Assembly (NCBI RefSeq): GCF_009914755.1
Contig: NC_060926.1
Strand: one strand, 5' to 3'
Source: the human T2T-CHM13v2.0 reference genome, Homo sapiens
Length of the DNA stretch: 64,000 nucleotides
Shown here: piece by piece, positions 14,382 through 27,190 of the stretch
Layout: each line of letters starts with the position of its first letter
How positions within the stretch are numbered: position 1 is the first letter of the stretch
Translations under genes and position numbers: made by a program
The notes under the pieces: model-generated
Databases searched by the model: none
The model's input: the letters and a program-made list of their open reading frames with translations, nothing else
Told to the model about the DNA's origin: nothing

Positions 14382-14683
14382 AGGCCGGGCGCAGTGGCTC
14401 ACGCCTGTAATCCCAGCACTCTGGGAGGCCGAGGCAAGCAGATCACAAGATCAGGAGTTCGAGACCAGCCCAATCAACATGGTGAAACCCCGTCTCTACT
14501 AAAAATACAAAAATTAGCCAGCATAGTGGCGCCCGCCTATAATCCCAGCTACTCAGGAGGCTGAGGCAGGAGAATTGCTTGAACCCGGGGCGGGCAGAGG
14601 TTGCAGTGAGGCGAGATCGTGCCACTATACTCCAGCCTGGGCAACAGAACGAGACTCCGTCTCAAAAAAAAGAAAAGAAAAGA
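14382..14683 (+). mobile_element. AluS
   Basis: Full dimer; TSD gaaagttctcag(c/a)aattta. Confidence 0.92.
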
Positions 14684-14881
14684 AAGTTCTCAGAAATTTA
14701 AACACTCAATGAACAAAGGGAACTAGAAATAAGAAATACTGTTCCTTCTAAAAATGTTTTTCCAGAAAAATCTCAAGCAAGCAAATTCTCAAACTAAAAC
14801 GTCAAGAAAGCCTTTGGAGCCTTAATTTAACTTAATTTAGCTATTTAAAAGAAATATTAAGGACAAAAACACAATAGTATT

Positions 14882-15273
14882 TGGGCTTCTTGATATTTTA
14901 GTTTCTGAAACAATGTTTATACTTTTTTTGAGCAGTTAAGTTCTCAGAAACTACTAGAAATAAATTGTAGGAAACTGGTGCTAAAAGCAAGTTAATGATT
15001 ACTATGAAAATGAGTATTTCACAGTAGACATTCTCCAGTAACAATCTGGCATTAAAACACCACAACACTCACTGGGCTTCCTGATATTTCAGTTTCAGCT
15101 GAAACAATGTTTATAATTTTTTTTGAGCAGTAATAAGTTCTAAGAAACGACTAGAAAAAAATTCTAGGAAACTAGTGCTGAAAACAAGTTAGTGATTACT
15201 ATGAAAATGAGTATTGCACAATAGTCCTTCTCCAACGACAATCTGGCATTAAAACACTAAAGCACTCACTGGG
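14882..15273. repeat. Tandem duplication, two copies of about 195 bp
   Basis: tgggcttc..gatatt..gaaacaatgtttata..gattactatgaaaatgagtatt..caatctggcattaaaacac..cactcactggg occurs twice with scattered differences. Confidence 0.92.
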
Positions 15274-16082
15274 AAAATGTCCAGGATCTGATGCAATCAC
15301 CTACTTAATTCTAATTAAAGGAATTTCACAAACATATCAGTATTGAACTCATAAGCTTTTATTATAAATTCTAACAGCTACTGTGCACACAACATTTTTT
15401 ACCAAATGAATTTTTAGAAAAGTAATTTCAGCCTTAATGCAGATTTTTGGGATCAAATGCAAAAAGGTCTCCACACTTCAAAGTTTAAAAATTCCTTTGT
15501 CTTTTCTAACAGCTTGGTGTAAAACAGACCTATTTTCAGAACAAATCTGGCTCAGTCTCTCACTTAGGAATCCTTAAATAATGAAGATTACTATATAGGG
15601 TATATTTATTTCTCCTGGCATTATTAAAACTACTTATGTACCTAAGAACTATGCTTCGTTATGCTGACATAATTCTTGTGACTGTGTTTACCAACGATAT
15701 TAATAAAGATAAAAGTCAAAAGCTGATAGCTTAGGATAACAAACTACTGGGATAATAAATGTTGACAGTTATAAAGGAATATTAAAATTTTAAATCACTT
15801 TGCTTTTTAAAAAGTTCCCTTTTCTACTCAGTCTGAGGAAAATATCAAGTAACGAAAACGTCTAAGTATGTTTGCAACACTAGACACTGAGAGTCATAAG
15901 GATGACAAACTTTCTGCATTCAGACATAACACAGAATTATCTCTTCCCGTGAAATCAGTTCAAATAAAAGTAGGTATACACTGAACAAAGGCTACTAAAT
16001 ATCAGTGCTTTAAAAATCAATACCAAGATACCCATGATCATTACTTTAATGCACAAACTAAAAGAGTAAAAAAAATACTCAC

Positions 16083-16277
16083 TCATGTAACGGAAAGTCT
16101 CTTCAGCAAGGACTGGAGAGAGAGCATCAGATGCATGCTGCCGCTGGTGTGGAGACTGAGTCCAGTCTTGATTTTCATATAGAAAGAGAGTGTCTACTTT
16201 TAGCCTATACTGTGGTAGTTGTTCTTCTAGCAGACTCACCAGCTCAACTTCAGGGAGATCCTCATTGGAGCAGACAT
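16083..16277 (-). CDS. TRAK2: TRAK2 exon 3 (195 nt, DVCSNEDLPEVELVSLLEEQLPQY...EETFRYM)
   Basis: Acceptor tttag|ATG and donor TGA|GTGAGT; overlaps ORF 15955..16239; HAP1_N-type N-terminal region; phase matches exon 2. Confidence 0.97.
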
Positions 16278-16524
16278 CTAAAGAGGAGAGTCTATGTAAA
16301 TGAATCCAATATATTTCAACTTTTACTAGGCTACAGAGAAAATTGATGAAAATTAGTTTTTCTAAAGTAGGATAACCAAAGAAATACTAGACAAGATCAT
16401 TTCTCCACTGATTTTTATTAGTATATCCTAGTAGTATAGTTTTTTTTTTCTCCAGGTTTTTTTTCTTTTAGTAAGAGAACTTCTAAAGTAAAAATGATGG
16501 CATACATTTTTTGACAGTAATTTC

Positions 16525-17200
16525 TAAAAAGTATTTTTAATTGACACAAAATAATTGAATATATTTATGGGGTACATGTGATATTTTGACACCTGTATAC
16601 AATGTATAATGATCAAATTAGGGTAATTAGCACATTCCTTACCTCAAGCATTTATCATTTCTTTGCATTGAGGACATTCAAAATCCTACCTTTTATCTAT
16701 TTGAAAATATACAACAAATTATTGCCAACTATAGCCACCCTATGGTGCTTAAGAACACCAGAACTTATTCCACCTATCCAGCTGTAATTTTGTATCTGTT
16801 AACTAACATCTCCTGATCCCTCCTTCCCGCTACCCTTCCTAGCCTCTAGTAACCACTATTCTACTCTCTACTTCTAGCAGATCAACTTTGTCAGCTTCCA
16901 CATGAGTGAGAACATGCAGATACCACAAATCTGAATTACATACTATCTAAATATATTGCTTAGTGACTATAACTATGCTTTTTTTAATTTTTAATTTTTT
17001 AATTTTTAAAAGTTTTTATTTTAGGTTCAGGGGTCCATGTGCAGGTTTGTTATGTAGGTAAACTCTTGTCACGGGGGTTTGGTGTACAGATTATTTCATC
17101 ACCCAGGTACCAGGCCTAGTAATCCAACAGTTATTTTTTCTGATCCTCTCCCTCTTCCCATGCTCATCCCTCACATATGCCCGTCTGTTGTTCCTGTCTT
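16525..17200 (-). mobile_element. Two L1 3'-end fragments (older L1MA-like about 16525-16920; L1P-like about 16980-17200)
   Basis: Typical reverse L1 3'UTR text (tttatggggtacatgtg.., ggtccatgtgcaggtttgttatgtagg); the second fragment is flanked by tataactatgctttt repeats. Confidence 0.75.
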
Positions 17201-17739
17201 TATAACTATGCTTTTAAAGTTCAGAATTTGTAGAAATTTCATATTTTCTCCCTATCAATCTATTTAGTACGGTTTAAAAGAGGTCTGTGTCTCTGAAGCA
17301 GCAGCAGCCTGCTGAATTTTTAAAAGTATTTTTAATTGACACAGAATAATTGGATATATACTTTTTAAAAATAAAGTGAAAGAGGTCTGATCTCAACTTA
17401 CATGCCTGGGGGAAAAAGCAATACAAAGCAACCAGCAGAAAATAGTTCCAAAGGGATAAAATGATATGCTCTGTAATGACAAAATTTGAATTCTGTGGAG
17501 GATTCTTCAAAATCTGGAAAAATTACATTTTAGTATATTCTCAAAGTCATTAAATTTTTTTAAAAATTGCATTAAATTTTACTGAGCACTGGTACTGAAA
17601 TAAGTCCTTTATCATTTTTATTTTAAAGAAGTGGTACATCTAAATCCCAAAACATGTGAGGTGAAGGAAATCGGAAAGGGGAGGGGAAAAAGTTTCCTCT
17701 AAAAAATCTTCCCTATCCTTCACATAACATAAATTTACT

Positions 17740-17960
17740 ATGGTACAGTGATAGTCCTGGTCTGAGTCCTGACTCTGCATATACCACAATGTGACACTGG
17801 GTAAGTTACCTAAACTCTAACCCTCAGTTTCCTCATCTGTAAAATGGAGAAGGTACTTACCTCCTAGGTTATATGAATTAAATGAGACAAATGCATGAAA
17901 AATACTTATATTTAGTACAATGCGCCTTGCACACTGTGGAGGCACTCTATCAATGTCAGC
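17740..17960 (+). mobile_element. MIR, split by the SCYL2 retrocopy (resumes at about 22191-22220)
   Basis: MIR core cctcagtttcctcatctgtaaaatgg; the 3' end tgtcagctatttttatt continues after the pseudogene. Confidence 0.75.
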
Positions 17961-20900
17961 TTTTTTTTTTTTTGAGAGAGAAGTTTATTACATTTGAAAA
18001 AATACGGCAGAAATCTCAAAAGTTTACTTATTAAATATAGTTTAATTCTTACAAATCTCCTTTTGAAAACACAATTCATATATGCTGCAACCTCAGAAGT
18101 TTGAATTTGAAATGAAATATGAAGTTAGTAGTCAGGGAAGTCACATCAGAGTGCTTTGTCAAATATCCAAACAAATCAGCATATACCAAAGTGACTCTAA
18201 ATATATCCAAGTGAAGGCAGAAAAATACATTACCATTTGAGGCAGACCATGCTAAAATATAATTTACAACGATTAGTTTGCATTTAAGATGGTTAGCCAA
18301 CGAAATGTAGGTCAAGTTAAATTTTGTAGTATTTGCTCAGTCTCTTTGTACTAAACATTAGTTCATCTGAAAAGTAACCTCGGAAAAAGCAAATAAGCTG
18401 ATCTCTTTATGCTTATCATTTTCTCACTGTCATCTTAAATGCAAGCAAATCAATACAGCATCAAGATTTTTTACATATTAAAGTGAACACTAATGACTTG
18501 TGAAGGTAGACTGTGTACCATGTGGTACTTAAAATAGATGAGCTTGCAATGACCATCAACTCAATTTTTTAAATAACACCAAGATTCACAAGCCAAAATA
18601 AACATTTGATTAAAAAATTCAGCTATTCAAGATAACTCAGTTGTCCTTTTTCTCTTTGAGACTGGGAAGGGTTGGGTCTTTAAAAACCTGAAGAGGGGCC
18701 GGGCGCGGTGGCTCATGCCTGTAATCCCAGCACTCTGGGAGGCCGAGGCGGGTGGATCACGAGGTCAGGAGAGCGAGACCATCCTGGCTAACACGGTGAA
18801 ACCCTGTCTCTACGAGAAACACACACAAAAAAATTAGCTGGGCGTGGTGGCGGGCGCCTGCAGTCCCAGCTACTAGGGAGGCTGAGGCAGGAGAATGGCG
18901 TGAACCCGCCACTGAGGCGGAGCTTGCAGTGAGCCGAGATCGCGCCACTGCACTTCAGCCTGGGCGACAGAGCAAGACTCCGTCTCAAAAAAAAAAAACA
19001 AAAAACCTGGAGAGGAGTTGGTAAGAGGAAAAAAATCCTCAGTGCTTTAAAAAAACTCAACTGGTTAGAAGTCCATACAACTACTATGCTGGCATGGACA
19101 CAGATGTTTTCTGTCACAGAACCATTCACTGTCCCATAGAAGTAGTTCCTCCAAGCCAACTACATAAAGATGTAAATCAGCTCACCCATGATTGGAACTG
19201 AAATAATCCTTCAAAATAGACACCTCACCCAAAAAGATCTTTAAAATCATTGCTAGCTGAACTGCTATTGGTCATAGCAGTTGGTGGCTATGCAAAGTTC
19301 TGTGGGTTGAAGAAAGGATTACCCTGCATACCAAAGGCAGATTGTCCTATCATGTTCATCTGTGTTCCCATTACTGAACTGCCCGTAGCTGGAGAAACTT
19401 GAGGAGGTACAAACTGATTAAGCCACTGATTTGGTTTCTGTTGTGATAATTGGTTCATGCTAACTTTGGGTTTCTGAGGGCCAAAGAGATTATTAAGGGC
19501 AGACATATCTGTGGGTCTTTGTTGGGTTGGCTTCGCACCAGCAGGAGGAACATTCAAAGCACTGAAGTTTGGCAAAGTGGGAGGTGTTCCAGAGTCATTT
19601 TGGTCACTCCAACTGTGCTTGGACTACTGTAGAAGTTCTGGTTTGTAGTAACGGGCATGTTGAATCCTGAAGTCTGAAAGCCCATATTGACATTTAGGCC
19701 ATTTGTCAAATTTCTCTTTGTATTATCAACTGGTGTAGAAAACATCATGTCAATGCCCATGGAAGGAACAGAAGTGAACGTACTTGAAGCAGAAGGTTTA
19801 GGGGTACTAACAGAAAGGCTAGTCAAAGATGACATATTATCCATCAATGTGTCTGTCAAGTCCTTAGTCTGTTTAACAGCAGCAATAGGTGTGTACACTT
19901 GGGGTTTAAGAGGCTGCTGGCCTTTCAACTTCTATGCCTGCTCTTGTTCTCTTGCTAATTTTTGTTTTTCTTCAAGTGTAAGTGATGCTCTTTTATGTTT
20001 ATTCTGAAACCCATCCTCTTTATTTTCGGAATCACTGCCAGTCAGAAGGTCTGCTCCAATGTGGCTAAAAACCTTGTCAATTTGCTGATTCCCAATATTT
20101 GTAACTTTTGTCTCCTCAGAAACATTCATTTGATTTCCTATGTCCAAAGATTTCTGTTGTTCTTGCATTATATGAAGTTGCTCCAGCTTAGTCTTATGTT
20201 CAGACTCCAACCTATTCAGCATCTCTTTTATGATGGAAATGAAAGAATTGAACTGATTAAGATTGTTTTCAATACTCAGGGGAATAAGATGAGGCAATAC
20301 TTTTCCAGTCAGCTGCTCTTTGGTGATTCCCAACTTATGAGTAAAAGTACATTTGTAAATGCCTAAAATACCCATGAGGACTGCAGACTCTTTGGATGGA
20401 ATTTGTTGTAAGAAGGGTAGGATACCATCAAGTACCAACCACTTATCCAAGTATTCCAAAATCTTTCCTAAGCACACTAATGAATTTACAGGAACAGCAA
20501 GGGAAGACATTTGTAGACAGGCATTTTTAATTCTTGGTATCAAAGTATGTTTCATGATGGGTAGTCTATAAGATTTGCAAAGGTTGGAATGATGTTTAGA
20601 CAGAGCTCCTGGTATTGAATGGAAGGAGCTTCTAGTGCTCTGTAAACCATGGGTAGAACACTGTTCTTTATCTCATTGGGAGGGGTTTTGGTTAGTAGCA
20701 AATCCATTTTTTGTAGGAAAATTAACAAAATCTGGATTGGCTCCTGCGCTTAAACACAGGGCCAAGTTCAGGTGGAATTAATGTGACATATTCTTCTTTG
20801 GTGCATTCCTCAACGATCAGTAGAACACTGGGCAAAACAAAAGGTACCATGTCAGGGTTTACAAATTCTGAAGTCAAATCAAAATTCTCTGTACAATGAC

Positions 20901-22190
20901 ATGCTTGGGCAGTAGAACCTTTGGCAGTCCGTTGAAAAACTGTGATTTCTGAAGATTATCTCTTTGGAATAAGGTATCAAAATATTGCAGTGTTACTGCA
21001 CCAACATCATCAAAGAAGGGAATCTTTGTCATTTGATCTGCATCTGGTCTTACAGTTGGAGTTACATTTAACAGTAGCCTTACATGTTCACGAACTTCCT
21101 CAGGTATATTTATAAGTGAACTAGATCCTAAATAACTCAACTGATCCAACTGCCTACTGAAACTCTTATAAATGTCTTGCTTATTGCCTTCAAATATATG
21201 TTTCCTTTTATTAAATACAGCATACATAACAGTTCCTAAAGAATATATATCACTGACTGTTTCACAGCTCACATAAAGTATGTATTCAGGAGGCAAATAT
21301 TCAGGATTTGGAAGACACAATGAAGGTAAATTTGGGTCCCATTCTTTACAAGGAAATTTAGGCTCTTGTTCAGAAGGATTGGTTGATGATACACAACAAT
21401 CAAAACCCATTATTTTCCAGGCTCCACTTTTATTCAAAATTGTATTTTCAGGAGTAATATTTCCATGTACCATTTTCACACTGCTATGCAAGAATGACAA
21501 TCCTTTAGAAACCTGAAGCAAACCACATTTGGTTTCTACATCATAAAGTTTATAATCCTTAATGTCTGGAGATATAGGGAAAGGGAGATTTTCCCAGTTA
21601 CCAAGAACACTGGCTAAACTGGCAAAAAACTGGTTCTGTACACAACACCAAGCAATCCCTGGATTCTTCTAAAGAATGCTGGACAGTAAGAAGTCGAGGG
21701 TGTTGAAGTCGAGTTAAGTGTTGGACTCCTCATTTTAGAGAATCAATTATTTGATCCTTTTCAAATTTTTGATATTTGTCAATCATTTTTTATCAAAGAC
21801 AAAAACAGCCACTGCTTTGTTGACTTTTTTGTGCCATTAAAAATCTTCCAAGCTAGCCCACTGCCACCACTGGCAATGTGCTGACCAACATCAAATTCTC
21901 TAGTGACAGGATTTCTCATTACAGCACTAGTGACATCAGCTGTTACTTCTGTAACAGTACTCTTCAATTTATTAAACATGGACTCCATGGCTGCAATATT
22001 GGGTAGTTATAGTTACCTTTTCCCTCTCCTTCCAGGAGGGGCAGAACTGGGCCTCTTTTTCCCCACCCCCCTAAACACAGGCTGTTCCTGCTCTGCCTTC
22101 ACACGTGGCAGCTGGAGGAGGGAAAGGGATAGGGAGGGGAGGGATTGGGGACGAAGACTAAGGGAGGGGGGAAAAGACTGAAAGACCTAT
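17961..22190 (-). pseudogene. SCYL2P1: SCYL2 processed pseudogene (CDS remnant 21988->19225) in TRAK2 intron 2
   Basis: Intronless ORF fragments (21779..21988, 20874..21521, 19932..20555, 19554..19928, 19288..19575) tile SCYL2 from MESM..KLKS to ..NDLKDLFG. There are frameshifts and stops (about 21812, 21730, 19932, 19288), AATAAA at 17984-17989, poly(A) at 17961-17973, and a TSD tgtcagct at 17954 and 22191. Confidence 0.95.
18697..19000 (+). mobile_element. AluY inserted in the SCYL2 pseudogene 3'UTR
   Basis: Full dimer with AluY-type positions; TSD aaaaacctg(a/g)agagg at 18682-18696 and 19001-19015. Confidence 0.92.
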
Positions 22191-23609
22191 TGTCAGCTAT
22201 TTTTATTACTGTATTACTATTGAGTTTTTACACCTAGAGATCAAATCAAGACTGCTAAAATAAGGTTGCTATAGTATCTAAATAATTACAGAGTATTAAA
22301 GGTAGAAGACACTTTCAGAAACCATCCAATCCTGCCTCCTAGATAAGGAAACTGAGACTTAAAGATGGGTAACTTGCCGAGGACACTAGAACCACCAGAC
22401 CTGGGTCTCGACTTCCTATCCAGCACTGTACCCATTCTTGTTGCTATCTGCCATTTACAGGACAAAGGCTGACAACTTGTCCTAGAAAGCAAGTTCCTAC
22501 ACATCATGTCTCCAACATACAGTATTAGTCCTACATATCTCCTAATTCCTCCAGGTGTCTAATCTACTTATTGTCCTATTTTTCACTCTTAATATTAGAA
22601 AGATCATGGGTTTTGGCATCAGACGTAGCTTCTGAATCTGACTCCTCTACTAATTGTTAGACACACGATTCATCCTTTCAGAGCCTTAATTTCTCTCATT
22701 TGTAAAATAAAGATCATTTATCACACACAACAGTAGTAAGAAGTAACTAAAATAAGCAATTAAGGCACCCAGGGTATCTGGCAGATCACAGGTACTCACT
22801 GAATACTATTTACATCACTACTCTCTCACTTGCACACCTATAACACCCCCACCCCCATCTCTGAACAAACTGAGCTTTTGTGTTTTTATGTATCTGCCAC
22901 TATCTTCCTGTTCCCAGTACTGCCCATCATTTAACACCTCCCAAACTTAGCTGTTTACAAAAAAGGAGAGTTATTTCTGTTAACATGCTTAAAATACTAG
23001 GGCTTAAAATAGCGAAAGTACAGGATGTCATATCAACCCTCTCACTTTTAAAGAGATGTGGTATTTCCTTTGTGGGTAGTATAATGAAACATGCTCTAGC
23101 TCTGGCAAAGAACAACAAAGTACTGGTTAAGAAAACAAATCCTTAAGAGAGTAAATTCCTACGACTTGACCTTGACTTCACAATGACATTTTAATAAGTT
23201 TAATAAAAGGAGGCTGGCAATATCAGACATCCCTATTCACCCAGAAGGAGAAGCAGTGGCTTGATCACCACAATGAGATAGAGATGAGGCAGATTTAAAA
23301 CCTTAAATATGGTTCTAAATAAGCTCTCAATCCTTACAGATCTCTTAAATAGGAGACCTGAACATATATCCAAATTCTATTATTACAAGTTCCATGTGAT
23401 TATCCAAATTTTTCCTGCCACACATATATTACATAGAGATTGTCATTTTAATACTCAGGAAGAGAAGTTGACTATAAATACATGCAGAGCTAAAAACAGA
23501 CTATTAGGTATTCAACGGTATAGTGGAGATGAAGAACAAAAGTGACATTCATTACAAGAGATACTAGTCCCTAGTATCTCTTCTAGACTAGAATAATTCC
23601 CTACTTCCA

Positions 23610-23742
23610 AAATTATTAATATTAATATTTATTATTTAATTTTATAATTAAATAATTATAATTATATAATTAAATTTTATAATTAATATAATTATATAAT
23701 TAAATTTTATAATTAATATAATTTAATATTAATATTAAAAAT
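23610..23742. repeat. Pure A/T low-complexity tandem tract
   Basis: Repeats of ataattatataattaaattttataatta with no G or C. Confidence 0.9.
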
Positions 23743-24902
23743 AAGTGTACAATCCAGGCTTAGTAGATTAAGCTAAATATTCTTTAGACTAGCTCTTCCA
23801 CCTTGCTTCCATATTCTGATAATGTTCCATTTATTACTCTTGCCCAGGCTTGACAACTCCTTCTCTACCATTTTATCCTCCAAATGTCTCCTTCATATGT
23901 CCATTTTTTCCCAGTCATGCCTACCGGTAAGATAATTAAATCAGTGCTAGAATCAAGCACACTAGAGCATGGTCTAGAGTATGATCTGTAGACCTACAGA
24001 TGAAAAGCAAGCCTCAAAGGGTTAACCTTATCAGCAAATAACTTAAAGTCTTGCCAAAATAAATTTTAACACTTTTCCAAGGAAGACAACAAAACCTAAA
24101 CACCTAACAATGTAACATTCATAATATTCACCAGTCCATACAAAATTACTAGATATGCAAAAATAAACAAAATGTAATCCATAACCAGGAGGGAAATGAG
24201 TCAACAGAAACAGACCCGTCATGACAGAAATAACAGAATTAATAAGCAGCAATTTTTTATATCCTCTATTTTTAATATGCTCAAAGATTTAAGGGGAAAA
24301 TATGAATGTAATGGAAAGAGAAACAGAAGATATGCCTGCATTTTAAAAACCCAAATAGAACTAGAGTACAGTATCTAAAATGAAAGACTCACTAGATAAG
24401 ATAAACAGATTAGATATTCTCCAGAAGAAAAGAACAGTAAACTTGAAGGCATAGCAATAGAAATTATCTAAAATGAAGCACAGAGAAAAAAAGATTGGGG
24501 GGAGAAAACTGAACAGAACATCAGTGGCTGTGTCATATCAAGCAGTCTGAAGTCCCAGAAGAAAGAAGAGGCAGGAACAGAAAAAATATTTGAAAAAATG
24601 GTGGCCGAAGTCTTCCAAGTTTAATTAATACAGTAAGTCTATAGTTCAAAGAATCTCAACTCCATGCAGTATAAATACAAAGAAAACCACATCAAAGCAA
24701 AATTGCTAAAAACCAGTGATAAAGAAGAAAATCCTAAAAGCAGAGAGATAGGAAAAAAAGAACATTAAAGTTTCATTCACTTGAAATGAAATTATTCATT
24801 TCAAGATAGATGACAATGGAACAGCATCATTAAAACACATGGACAAAAAGCCAATTTAGAATCATGTGTCAGTGAAAAACATCTTTCAAAAAAGGTGAAA
24901 TA

Positions 24903-25210
24903 GGCCAGGCGTGGTAGCTCACTCCTGTAATCCCAGCACTTTGGGAGGTCAAGGTGAAAGGACTGCTTGAGCCCAGGAGTTCAAGACCAGCTTGGCAACA
25001 TAGTGAAACCCTGACTCTACATTAAAAAAAAAAAAAAAAAAAAAGGAAGAAGAAAAAATTAGCTGGGTTTGCACATGCCTGTGGTCCAAGCTACTCAGGA
25101 GGCTGAGATGGGAGGATCACTTGAGCCCAAGAGGTTCAGGCTGCAGTGAGCCATGATCGTGTCACTGTACTCCAGCCTGGGGAACAGAATGAGACCCTTT
25201 CTCAAAAAAA
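24903..25210 (+). mobile_element. AluJ with expanded central A tract
   Basis: Alu dimer with ggaggatcacttgagccc J-type text. Confidence 0.88.
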
Positions 25211-26880
25211 GAGTAATTTTATTTTTCACACAAGCAGAAAACTATGGCTATTCATTGCCAGCTAACCCATATCCCAGGAAATGTTAAAGTTAAACAGGCA
25301 AAAAGGATATGGAATGGGAACTTCATTCAACAAAAGAAATAATAGAATGCTAAATCTGTGGGTAATACATAAGCCTTTTATTTTCATAATTTATTTAATT
25401 CATAATTAGCAATTTAAAGCAAAGGTAATAATGTATTATGTATATAACATATGTAGATGTAAAAGGCATAGTAATAATAATATGTAGAATGGTAGGGGGA
25501 AATGGAAGAATACTGTTTTAAGAGTGTCACTTTATTAAATATAATGTTATTTGAAGATGGGCTTTGATAAGTTAAAGGTATGTATTGCAACCTGGAGCAA
25601 GCAGTGAGAAAAATAAGAGGTATAGCTAATATGTCAACAGTAGAATTAAAATAAAAAAAGTTTAAAAAAAGAAAATGAGAAAAAAACGGAAGACGGAACA
25701 AATAGAAAAAGAAAATAGGAGTACAGTAGACTCAACTAAAGTGATAATTACATTAAAATTAAATGGTCCAAATACTGCAAATAGAAAGTACAGATGATCA
25801 GACTGGATTTTCTTTTTAGAAAAGACCCCATTATAAGTTATCTGTGGAGATGCCCTTTAAATGTAAAGATTCAGATGAGTTTAAAAAGTAAAAACATGAA
25901 AAATAAGATGATACCAATTCCACACAAACTTTTTCCAAACACAGAGAAAGGCATACTTCACAACTCGTTTTACAAGGCCAGTATTACCTCAATATCAAAA
26001 TAAAGCGAAGACATTGCAAAAAAAAAAAAAAAAAGAAAAGAAAAAAGAAAAAAGTACAAACCAATAACCCTTATTAATGGGACTAGGAAGGACACAGACA
26101 CACACACACATATACACACACTCCCTAACAAAACACTAGTAAATATAACCTGTCATATATAAAAAAGATAATATATCATAACCAAGTAGTTTTTTCCAGG
26201 AATGCAAGTCTGGTTTAAAATTCAAAACTAAACCAACAGAATTCACCACACTAATAGACAAAGGAAGAAAAACCATATGAACATTTCAACAGAGGCAAAA
26301 TAAGTATTTGACAAAATTCATGCTAAAAATTTCTCATCCAATTTGGAAGAGAAGGATATCTTCTCAATTTAATATAGGGTATTGTCAAGAGACTTAATGG
26401 TCAAATACTGTAACTTTTCTCCTCAGATTGGAAATACGTCAAGGATGTTTGCTCTTACCATTTTTATTCAACAATATACTGAGATCATGTCTCATTCAAT
26501 AAGGCAAGAAAAATAAATAAAAGGCATCCAGATTGAAAAGGAATATGTAAAATTGTCTCCATTTGCAGACATTATGGTGTATGTAGAAAACTAAGAAATC
26601 TACCAAAAAGTTACTAAAACTAGCAAGTTAAGCAAAGTTGCAGAATATATGGTCAACATTAAAAAAATCAATTTCATTTATATATAGTAGTAACACACAG
26701 TAGGAAAATGAAATTAAATAAACAGTGCCATTTAAAAAAATACTTAAGACTAAATTTAACAAAATATGTGCAAGACTTATACAATAAAAACTATAAAATA
26801 CTGGTAAGAGAAATTAAAGAGGACCTAAGTAAATGGAGATATATATCAAGTTTATGGATTAGGAGACTCACTATTCTTAA

Positions 26881-27190
<310 letters not shown>

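Noticed and set aside
14882-15273. CRISPR-like or other prokaryotic repeat array
   Set aside because: Only two long diverged copies with no spacers; the window is primate DNA with no cas or operon-like content.
15955-16082. C-terminal half of ORF 15955..16239 as coding
   Set aside because: It is intronic read-through past the GTGAGT donor at 16082; only the part from 16083 upward matches TRAK2.
19288-21988. Long ORFs (215, 207, 124 aa) suggesting a novel kinase-like gene
   Set aside because: They are consecutive fragments of one SCYL2 retrocopy broken by frameshifts and nonsense codons, with a poly(A) tail and TSD.
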